Shown: piece after piece, positions 53,528 through 64,000 of the stretch
Numbering within the stretch: the stretch's first letter is position 1
Layout of the letters: the number at the start of each line of letters is the position of its first letter
DNA from: Eledone cirrhosa
Taxonomy: Eukaryota
Length of the DNA: 64,000 nucleotides
NCBI GenBank assembly: GCA_964016885.1
Contig: OZ024760.1
Coordinates: 7,688,001 to 7,752,000, forward strand
Reading direction: 5' to 3'
The notes under the pieces: generated by a model
Database searches by the model: none
Seen by the model: only the letters and a program-made list of their open reading frames with translations
What the model was told of the DNA's origin: nothing
Program-made: the position numbers and the translations under genes

Positions 53528-54652
53528 ATGGACCCGACAAGAGACATTGCCAAAGCAGAGATGTCTGCCAACATCTTGGAAATTCCGTTTGATCTGAAGA
53601 TGAGTTCTAGCCGGACAATTCGGTCGAATAAGACCGCAGCAAATAACTTCCGGGAATATCTGAGGGAGAAAGGATTCAATCAGAAATTCGAAAACTTTGA
53701 TGTACCAACATTGAACAAAAGTCTTGGAAATTTCTACATCGATGCCAGGCAAGCCGATGGCACTCACTACAAAGTGAATTCCTTAGAGAACTTCCGATAT
53801 GGGCTGAACCGTTATTTGAGGTCAGCTCCCTATTTTCGAAAAATTGACATCATCAAAGATAATGAGTTTTGCGATGCTAATCAGTTTTTTAAGGCGGCGA
53901 TCATGGAATTGAAAAGACTTGGCAAAGGTGATGTGGAACATCACCCTGTGATAACAAACCCTGATCTTAAGTCCCTGTATGAGTCTGCTTACTTCGACCC
54001 GACTACACCAGCTGGATTACTGAATAAGGTTCAGTTTGACATACGCATGTATTTCTTTCGCCGAGGAATGGAAAACATGTCGAAGATGACGAAGTCGACG
54101 TTTGCCGTCATGAAGGATCCAGACTCTGGCTTAAAGGTCGTCATCAAAGTCGATGAGTTTGGGTCTAGTCCGAAAGAGAACCAGTCTGAGAGTATAACCG
54201 GAGTTATGCCGGAGTCGGTCGGCAGCCGTATGTGTCCGGTGAAGTCGTTTCAACTGTACCTGAGCAAACTGCATCCAGACTGCGACAGACTCTGGCAGAG
54301 GCCCAGGGAGAACTCGTTCTTTGATGACGACATCTGGTATTGTAGGTCTGCTGTCGGTGAGAAAAACTTGGCCAAATTTATGTCTGGCCTGAGTAGGACT
54401 TGTTCTTTGTCCAGGACGTATACCAACCATTCTATACGAGCAACAGGGGCAGCCATACTACGTAAATACTTTGAATCAAATATGATAATGGCTGTAATGG
54501 GACAGAAGTCGGCTTCCTATCTGTCTGGCTATCAACGTATTAGCAACAAAGACAAGATCTTTATGGGTCAAGCAATAACTGAAAACCTTTGCAGTGCTGG
54601 GTCGTCATCTGCGGAGAACTCATTTGCAGACGAGGAGAAGAACACGCAGCAG
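53528..54652 (+). CDS. Crypton-derived tyrosine-recombinase-fold (DUF3504; KCTD1/KIAA1958/ZMYM/QRICH1-like) protein, first coding exon, 375 codons
   Basis: The only long, uninterrupted, non-repetitive ORF in the window. Start context aaaaATGg. Motifs FY-x-DAR-x-x-DG-x-x-YK, GLNRYL, YFFRRGMEN, CPVKSF-x-x-YLSKLHP, LWQRP, WY, YTNHSIRATG and MGQKS-x6-Y. Phase-0 donor CAG|GTAAGG at 54652. Confidence 0.87.
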
Positions 54653-54769
54653 GTAAGGACGGATCTCTTTTATAGAATGTGCAAATTGTTGGTCACCTTT
54701 ATATGCGTGTAGTTATATGTAATTCCTGTGAAGGTGTGTGGCTGAGTGGTTAGTGTTGGACTCACGATC

Positions 54770-55250
54770 ACAACCTCCACTACCAACACCACCACCACCA
54801 CCACCACCACTAACAACAATACCAACACCACCACCACCATCACTAACAACAACACCTACAGCACCACCACCATCACTAACAACAATACCAACACTACCAC
54901 CATCACTAACAACACCACCACCACCACCATCACTAACAACAATACCAACACCACTACCACAACAGCACATCACCACCAACAACAGCAATATCAACACCAC
55001 CAACAACAATACCAACACCACTACCACAACAGCACATCACCACCAACAACAGCAATATCAACACCACCAACAACAATACCAACACCACTACCACACCAGC
55101 ACATCACCACCAACAACAACAATATCAACACCACCAACAACAGTACCAACACCAACAACCAGAACCTCCACCATTGTCATGGCTTCTACTAACGACACCA
55201 ACACCAACAACAGCATATTACCACCAATAACACCACCACCACCACCACAC
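54770..55250. repeat. (CAC/CAA)n compound repeat, intronic
   Basis: Directly visible; lies 3' of the 54652 donor. Confidence 0.9.
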
Positions 55251-55299
55251 TTACATTAACATGAATAAGGCTAAACAAACATCTACTGTTCAGACTATA

Positions 55300-55346
<47 letters not shown>

Positions 55347-55468
55347 TTCCTGATGATTTCCTTCGAATGAAACAGTTCTAGTCTTGTAGAAGCCATTTCT
55401 ATATTAAATATTTACACTCTGCTATGTATTGAGTACCTTACTTACTGTGGTTACCCCCAATTAAACCC

Positions 55469-55506
<38 letters not shown>

Positions 55507-55674
55507 GAGAGAGATAGTTTGTTCGCTTAACCTTCAGCATGCACTAGGTGCATTATGTCATGTCACCAGTAGAATAATCTCCCCTTAATACATAATGCAG
55601 TGTCAAGGAAAGCAATTCATAAAAAAATTCAGCTTGCTAAAGGTTAAAGTAAACTGAAAGATAGTCGACTATAC

Positions 55675-56200
55675 TGAGGTTGATAAAATAAAGTTCCAGT
55701 AATGCTCTGAGGTTGATTTAATCAGCTTTTCCCTCCCACCCCCGAATTACTGGTCTTGTGCCTAGATTAGAAACAATTTAAAAAAAATGAGAAATTATTA
55801 TTATTGGGCAGTGGATTGGAAGTTGTATCGGTAGAGCGTCTGACAACATACTTTGTGATCATGTAGTTAAGTCCCTTTATGTTTTCAGTTCAGATCCCAC
55901 CAATGTTAGCTTTGCCTTCCATCCCTCTGAAGTCGATAAAATAAAGTACCAGTAATGCACTGGGGTCGGTTTAATCGACTTTACTCTCCCCAAAAATTAT
56001 AAGTCAGAAACCATTTTTTAGTTTAAATCCCGTTGAGGTTAGCTTTGCCTTCCATCTTTACAGGGTTGATAAAATAAAGTACCAGGAATACACTGGGGTT
56101 GATAAAATAAAGTACCAGTAACACACTGGGGTTGATTTAATCGACTTTCCCTTACCCCCTAAATTGTTGACCTTGTGCCTAAATTAGAAACCATTAGTAT
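55675..56200 (+). mobile_element. tRNA-SINE cluster
   Basis: Repeated GATAAAATAAAGTACCAG...GTGCCTAAATTAGAAAC blocks. Confidence 0.75.
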
Positions 56201-56385
56201 TATTTATATTTTAAAGGAAGTATGTTTGGAATATGGCGAGCGAAGTTTTGAATTGAAAATAGAAAAAGAAGCTTCGCTTTAATATTTTGATTAAATTATA
56301 TAGTCTAATAATGGGGCATATAAACCCACCGAATGGAAAAAGATGGGTATCTTTTTCTATTTCAATTCCTATTTATATTTTACAG

Positions 56386-56464
56386 ACCACACCAACTACA
56401 TCTGAAAATTCAACAAAAACGTCATCACAGCTACAAAATTTTGGTCTCAGTGACTACACTAAAG
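56386..56464 (+). CDS. Second coding exon of the Crypton-derived gene (TTPTTSENSTKTSSQLQNFGLSDYTK-G)
   Basis: atttatattttacag| acceptor and AAG|gtaaga donor. 79 nt, open in phase 0 (matching the upstream donor), ends in phase 1. Confidence 0.72.
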
Positions 56465-56625
56465 GTAAGAAGTTAACCCTTTCAGGACCAAGAACATATT
56501 TATATTATCATCATCATCATCATCATCATCGTTTAACGTCCATCTTCCACGCTTGCATATATTTAAAAATAAAATTAGAATTTTATGTCTCGCCCGAGCA
56601 CAGGTGATACATAAATGTAAGTATG

Positions 56626-56665
<40 letters not shown>

Positions 56666-56676
56666 CATATATATAT

Positions 56677-57752
56677 ATCATCATCTTCATCATTTTATGT
56701 CCGCTTTTCCCTGCTTGCAAGGGTTGGATGGGTCCTATTCAACACAGCATCTCTCCACTTGTCACGGTCCTTCGTCATCTCCTCGGTGAGTTTCAGCGAT
56801 CTGAGGTCTGCTCTCACCACCTCCGCCCATGTTTTTCGTGGTCTACCTCTATTGCATTTTCCTTCTACTGGGATTTCTTGGCACTTCTTTACTCAGCAGT
56901 CATCCTTCATGTGCATCACATGTCCATACCATCTCAGCTTTCTCTCCTGCACACCACAACTTATCCCTCTTATACCCAGTTTCTTTCTCAACTCGTCTAT
57001 GCTTGGTTGTTCACGCACATTGGCATTGCACATCCAACGGAGCATACTTGCTTCATTTCTCTCCAGCCATCACATATCTTCTGCAGTTGCTGCCCATGTC
57101 TCACTACCATGCAGCATCACGCATCTCACACTTGCATCATATAACCGTCCTTTTGTAAGCAGTGAGAAACCCTTCTTTGTCAACAGAGGAAGCAACTCCC
57201 TAAACTTCTTCCAACCCGTCCTTATTCTAGATACTGTGGCCTCGAAGCACCCCCCCTCCCATGCTTATTTGATCACCTAGGTACCGGAAGCTATCAACCA
57301 CTTCTATAGAACCCACCTGCATTGGAAAAGTGTGTCTAACACTGCGATTACTAATGTCAACTTTCCCTGTATATCTACTGCATACGTAGTTTTCCCTACC
57401 TGTTAGTTTGCCTGCTATCCCACTACATCTCTTGTGTTCCCAAGATCTGCATTGTGTACATTTTATGGAATTTATGCCAGTTCCTTTCCTACATATCGAA
57501 CATGGCCATTTCCCTGATGGAATCAGAGTATTGTCCTCTCTTCTACTTATCAACACTTTTGTTTTAGCTATGTTCACTCACAGGCTTCTTGATTCCAACT
57601 GCTGTTTCCATAGCCAGAATTTATTCTCTAGGTCCTCTACTGATCTGCTATAAGAACCAGATCATCAGCATAGAGAAGTTCCCATGGGCAGCCAGTCTTA
57701 AACTCCTCTGTTATGGCTTGGAGGACTATAATGAACAAGAGTGGGCTGAGGA
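56677..57752 (-). mobile_element. 5'-truncated RTE LINE, antisense in an intron
   Basis: LSPLLF...WELLYADDL...KTKVL...WPCSIC...FRYLGDQ...3' tail. Confidence 0.92.
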
Positions 57753-58118
57753 GTAGTTAAAAAAAAAATTCCATTTCCTATTCTGCTAGTAGTAAAGAGA
57801 CATGGCTTAGTGGTTAAAGTGTTTGGTTCCTGGTCTAGGCTGTTGATTGTGTCCTTGATCAAGACTCACTTTTTCCTGATGCTCCAGTTAACTCAGCATT
57901 CAACTGTAAAAAAACAAACAAATACCAGTAACAGCTTGGGCTTAACTCTTCAATGGACCAGCACACTATCCAGGGGGTGGGAAGTCTTGTACTCTCAGTC
58001 ACGCAACCCTACACAGAATAAAGAAGCTATTTCAATTACTCCTTCTTTGGGGGAGGGATGCTACCGTTAAAAAAATGTTTTTACTTCAATTGCTTTTTTT
58101 TTTTTTTTTTTATTCTAG

Positions 58119-58210
58119 GGGCCAACCATTCAATGGATATACCTTTAAATCAGAGTCCTTGTTCTACAGACAACTCCTGGTTAAATAAAGAACTGTCAGC
58201 AAAGCTACAG
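58119..58210 (+). CDS. Third coding exon of the Crypton-derived gene (G-ANHSMDIPLNQSPCSTDNSWLNKELSAKLQ); no stop codon reached
   Basis: Poly-T tract plus attctag| acceptor and CAG|gtaaca donor. 92 nt, open when entered in phase 1 (G+GG=Gly), ends in phase 0. Confidence 0.72.
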
Positions 58211-58287
58211 GTAACACCTCAATACCTCCTACTCCTCTTATAGTCTAACAGCTTTTTCCTCTTCCTCTCTCTATATCCAGTCTATAC

Positions 58288-58597
58288 CAGTTCCCAAACT
58301 TTCTCTGGGCTGCATTTTCGAAATGAAAATTTGCTCGCGTCTCACCAAATTTTATGATAAAAAGTACATTTAACAATAAAAAACAACTAATAGTGTGTTA
58401 AATATAATATATAACATAAATAACTTATAATACGAAAGGTAAGAACTTGCTTTTGACCAGTAATTTCCTTTGTATTAGGTCTAATTTGAGATAAATTCTC
58501 ATCTCCTCATCTTTGGTTGTCTTTCAATCATTGCGCCTCACTTGCTATCCTCTTCTGCTGCACCTATGAGATGCGCCGCACCGTTTGGTAACCACTG
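58288..58597. mobile_element. hAT MITE
   Basis: CAGTTCCCAAAC ... GTTTGGTAACCACTG; flanks GTCTATAC/GTCTATTG. Confidence 0.65.
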
Positions 58598-58605
58598 GTC
58601 TATTG

Positions 58606-61600
58606 CCTCTACACCCCTCTCTATTTACAGTCTAACACCTCTACACCCCTCTCTATTTACAGTCTAACACCTCTACACCCCTCTCTATTTACAGTCTAAC
58701 ACCTCTACACCCTCTCTATTTACTGTCTAACACCTCTACACCCCTCTCTATTTACAGTCTAACACCTCTACACCCCTCTCTATCAACAGTCTAACACCTC
58801 TACACCCCTCTCTATCTACAGTCTAACACCTCTACACCCCTCTCTATTTACAGTCTAACACCTCTACACCCCTCTCTATTTACAGTCTAACACCTCTACA
58901 CCCCTCTCTATTTACAGTCTAACACCTCTACACCCCTCTCTATTTACAGTCTAACACCTCTACACCCCTCTCTATTTACAGTCTAACACCTCTACACCCC
59001 TCTCTATTTACAGTCTAACACCTCTACACCCTCTCTCTATTTACAGTCTAACACCTCTACACCCTCTCTCTATTTACAGTCTAACACCTCTACACCCTCT
59101 CTCTCTTACAGTCTAACACCTCTACACCCCTCTCTATCTACAGTCTAACACCTCTACACCCTCTCTCTCTTACAGTCTAACACCTCTACACCCCTCTCTA
59201 TCTACAGTCTAACACCTCTACACCCTCTCTCTCTTACAGTCTAACACCTCTACACCCCTCTCTATCAACAGTCTAACACCTCTACACCCCTCTCTATCTA
59301 CAGTCTAACACCTCTACACCCTCTCTCTATTTACAGTCTAACACCTCTACACCCTCTCTCTCTTACAGTCTAACACCTCTACACCCCTCTCTATCTACAG
59401 TCTAACACCTCTACACCCTCTCTCTCTTACAGTCTAACACCTCTACACCCCTCTCTATCTACAGTCTAACACCTCTACACCCTCTCTCTCTTACAGTCTA
59501 ACACCTCTACACCCCTCTCTATCAACAGTCTAACACCTCTACACCCCTCTCTATCTACAGTCTAACACCTCTACACCCTCTCTCTCTTACAGTCTAACAC
59601 CTCTACACCCCTCTCTCTATTTACAGTCTAACACCTCTACACCCCTCTCTCTATTTACAGTCTAACACCTCTACACCCTCTCTCTATCTACAGTCTAACA
59701 CCTCTACACCCTCTCTCTATCTACAGTCTAACACCTCTACACCCCTCTCTATTTACAGTCTAACACCTCTACACCCTCTCTCTATCTACAGTCTATCACC
59801 TCTACCTCCTCTCTATCTACAGTCTAACACCTCTACACCCCTCTCTATTTACAGTCTAACACCTCTACACCCCTCTCTATCTACAGTCTGGTCTAACACC
59901 TCTACACCCCTCTCTATTTACAGTCTAACACCTCTACACCCTCTCTATTTACGGTCTAACACCTCTACACCCCTCTCTATTTACAGTCTAACACCTCTAC
60001 ACCCCTCTCTATCAACAGTCTAACACCTCTACACCCCTCTCTATCTACAGTCTAACACCTCTACACCCCTCTCTATTTACAGTCTAACACCTCTACACCC
60101 CTCTCTATCTACAGTCTAACACCTCTACACTCTCTCTATTTACAGTCTAACACCTCTACACCCCTCTCTATTTACAGTCTAACACCTCTACACCCCTCTC
60201 TCTATTTACAGTCTAACACCTCTACACCCCTCTCTATCTACAGTCTAACACCTCTACACCCCTCTCTATCAACAGTCTAACACCTCTACACCCTCTCTCT
60301 ATCTACAGTCTAACACCTCTACACCCCTCTCTATTTACAGTCTAACACCTCTACACCCTCTCTATTTACAGTCTAACACCTCTACACCCTCTCTATTTAC
60401 AGTCTAACACCTCTACACCCCTCTCTATCAACAGTCTAACACCTCTACACCCCTCTCTATCTACAGTCTGGTCTAACACCTCTACACCCCTCTCTATTTA
60501 CAGTCTAACACCTCTACACCCTCTCTATTTACAGTCTAACACCTCTACACCCCTCTCTATTTACAGTCTAACACCTCTACACCCCTCTCTATCAACAGTC
60601 TAACACCTCTACACCCCTCTCTATCTACAGTCTAACACCTCTACACCCCTCTCTATTTACAGTCTAACACCTCTACACTCTCTCTCTATTTACAGTCTAA
60701 CACCTCTACACCCTCTCTATTTACAGTCTAACACCTCTACACCCCTCTCTATTTACAGTCTAACACCTCTACACCCCTCTCTCTATTTACAGTCTAACAC
60801 CTCTACACCCCTCTCTATCTACAGTCTAACACCTCTACACCCCTCTCTATCTACAGTCTAACACCTCTACACCCCTCTCTATTTACAGTCTAACACCTCA
60901 ACACTCTCTCTCTATTTACAGTCTAACACCTCTACACCCCTCTCTATCAACAGTCTAACACCTCTACACCCCTCTCTATTTACAGTCTAACACCTCTACA
61001 CCCCTCTCTATCTACAGTCTAACACCTCTACACCCCTCTCTATCTACAGTCTAACACCTCTACACCCTCTCTATTTACAGTCTAACACCTCTACACCCCT
61101 CTCTATTTACAGTCTAACACCTCTACACTCTCTCTCTATTTACAGTCTAACACCTCTACACCCTCTCTATTTACAGTCTAACACCTCTACACCCCTCTCT
61201 GTTTACAGTCTAACACCTCTACACCCCTCTCTATCAACAGTCTAACACCTCTACACCCCTCTCTATCAACAGTCTAACACCTCTACACCCCTCTCTATCA
61301 ACAGTCTAACACCTCTACACCCCTCTCTATCTACAGTCTAACACCTCTACACCCCTCTATTTACAGTCTAGCACCTCTACACTCTCTCTCTATTTACAGT
61401 CTAACACCTCTACACCCCTCTCTATTTACAGTCTAACACCTCTACACCCCTCTCTCTATTTACAGTCTAACACCTCTACACCCCTCTCTATCTACAGTCT
61501 AACACCTCTACACCCCTCTCTATTTACAGTCTAACACCTCTACACTCCTCTCTCTATTTACAGTCTAACACCTCTACACCCCTCTCTCTATTTACAGTCT

Positions 61601-64000
61601 AACACCTCTACACCCCTCTCTCTATTTACAGTCTAACACCTCTACACCCCTCTCTATCTACAGTCTAACACCTCTACACCCCTCTCTATCTACAGTCTAA
61701 CACCTCTACACCCCTCTCTCTATCTACAGTCTAACACCTCTACACCCTCTCTCTATCAACAGTCTAACACCTCTACACCCCTCTCTCTATCTACAGTCTA
61801 ACACCTCTACACCCCTCTCTATCTACAGTCTAACACCTCTACACCCCTCTCTCTATCTACAGTCTAACACCTCTACACCCTCTCTCTATCAACAGTCTAA
61901 CACCTCTACACCCCTCTCTCTATCTACAGTCTAACACCTCTACACCCCTCTCTCTATTTACAGTCTAACACCTCTACACCCTCTCTCTCTTACAGTCTAA
62001 CACCTCTAGACCCTCTCTCTATCTACAGTCTAACACCTCTACACCCCTCTCTATCTACAGTCTAACACCTCTACACCCTCTCTCTATCTACAGTCTAACA
62101 CCTCTACACCCCTCTCTATCAACAGTCTAACACCTCTACACCCTTCTCTATCTACAGTCTAACACCTCTACACCCCTCTCTCTCTTACAGTCTAACACCT
62201 CTACACCCCTCTCTATTTACAGTCTAACACCTCTACACCCCTCTCTATTTACAGTCTAACACCTCTACACCCTCTCTCTATCTACAGTCTAACACCTCTA
62301 CACCCTCTCTCTATTTACAGTCTAACACCTCAACACCTCTCTCTATCTACAGTCTAACACCTCTACACCCTCTCTCTATCTACAGTCTAACACCTCTACA
62401 CCCTTCTCTATTTACAGTCTAACACCTCTACACCCTCTCTCTCTTACAGTCTAGCACCTCTACACCCCTCTCTATTTACAGTCTAACACCTCTACCTCCA
62501 CCTCTCTCTATTTACAGTCTAACACCTCTACACCCCTCACTATTTACAGTCTAACACCTCTACACCCCTCTCTATCTACAGTCTAACACCTCTACACCCC
62601 TCTCTATCTACAGTCTAACACCTCTACACCCTCTCTCTATTTACAGTCTAACACCTCTACACCCCTCTCTATTTACAGTCTAACACCTTTACCTCTACCT
62701 CTCTCTATTTACAGTCTAACACCTCTACACCGTCTCTCTATCTACAGTCTAACACCACTACACCCCTCTCTCTATTTACAGTCTAACACCTCTACACACC
62801 TCTCTATTTACAGTCTAACACCTCTACACCCTCTCTCTCTTACAGTCTAACACCTCTACACCCCTCTCTATTTACAGTCTAACACCTCTACCTCCACCTC
62901 TCTCTATTTACAGTCTAACACCTCTACACCCCTCTCTATCTACAGTCTAACACCTCTACACCCTCTCTCTATCAACAGTCTAACACCTCTACACCCTCTC
63001 TCTCTTACAGTCTAACACCTCTACACCCCTCACTATTTACAGTCTAACACCTCTACACCCCTCTCTATCTACAGTCTAACACCTCTACACCCTCTCTCTC
63101 TTACAGTCTAACACCTCTACACCCCTCTCTATTTACAGTCTAACACCTCTACACCCCTCTCTATTTACAGTCTAACACCTCTACACCCCTCTCTATTTAC
63201 AGTCTAACACCTCTACACCCTCTCTCTATCTACAGTCTAACACCTCTACACCCTCTCTCTATCTACAGTCTAACACCTCTACACCCCTCTCTATTTACAG
63301 TCTAACACCTCTACACCCCTCTCTATTTACAGTCTAACACCTCTACACCCCTCTCTATTTACAGTCTAACACCTCTACACCCCTCTCTATTTACAGTCTA
63401 ACACCTCTACACCCCTCTCTATCAACAGTCTAACACCTCTACACCCCTCTCTCTATCTACAGTCTAATACCTCTACACCCCTCTCTATCAACAGTCTAAC
63501 ACCTCTACACCTCCTCCTCTCTCTCTTACAGTCTAACACCTCTACACCCCTCTCTATCAACAGTCTAACACCTCTACACCTCCTCCTCTCTCTCTTACAG
63601 TCTAACACCTCTACACCCCTCTCTCTATCAACAGTCTAACACCTCTACACCCCTCTCTCTATCAACAGTCTAACACCTCTACACCCCTCTCTATCAACAG
63701 TCTAACACCTCTACACCCCTCTCTCTATTTACAGTCTAACACCTCTACACCCTCTCTCTATTTACAGTCTAACACCTCTACACCCCTCTCTATCAACAGT
63801 CTAACACCTCTACACCCTCTCTCTCTTACAGTCTAACACCTCTACACCCCTCTCTATCTACAGTCTAACACCTCTACACCCCTCTCTATCTACAGTCTAA
63901 CACCTCTACACCCTCTCACTCTTACAGTCTAACACCTGTACACCCCTCTCTATTTACAGTCTAACACCTCTACACCCCTCTCTATCTACAGTCTAACACC
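58606..64000. repeat. Satellite of about 32 bp, at least 5.4 kb, runs off the window
   Basis: Unit ACCTCTACACCCCTCTCTAT(T/C)TACAGTCTAAC with CT-length variants. Confidence 0.98.

Noticed and set aside
54653-54712. ORF-track C-terminus VRTDLFYRMCKLLVTFICV* (and the TTG-initiated N-extension 53465-53527)
   Set aside because: The tail follows a consensus donor that has phase-compatible downstream exons, and ATG 53528 has the strong context. An intron-retained short isoform cannot be excluded.
54713-55259. Pro/Thr-rich ORFs
   Set aside because: CAC/CAA repeat inside an intron.

Overview
AT-rich, intron- and repeat-dense animal genomic DNA. The SINE, RTE-LINE and microsatellite content suggests an octopus or other coleoid cephalopod (inference). 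Two divergently oriented genes are supported. (1) Minus strand: the 5' end of HUWE1. The start-codon exon 1405-1317 encodes MKIDRTKLKKSSTDV, and a probable non-coding first exon and promoter lie at about 26.3-26.6 kb. (2) Plus strand: a spliced gene whose first coding exon (53528-54652) is a Crypton-type tyrosine-recombinase/DUF3504 domain. It joins in frame to two small exons (56386-56464, 58119-58210) and continues past the window. A probable CCAAT-box promoter and first exon lie at about 44.6-45.0 kb. This looks like a domesticated Crypton. The rest is decayed transposable elements and tandem repeats: PHD-containing RTE LINEs, CRE-like and I-group LINE fragments, mariner remnants, hAT/piggyBac/Tc MITEs with clear TSDs, two tRNA-SINE groups, Penelope-like hammerhead remnants, and arrays of 73/75, 26, 137, 48, ~57 and 32 bp. 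Nearly all long ORFs in the supplied track are repeat artefacts. All calls were made by eye, with no database search.
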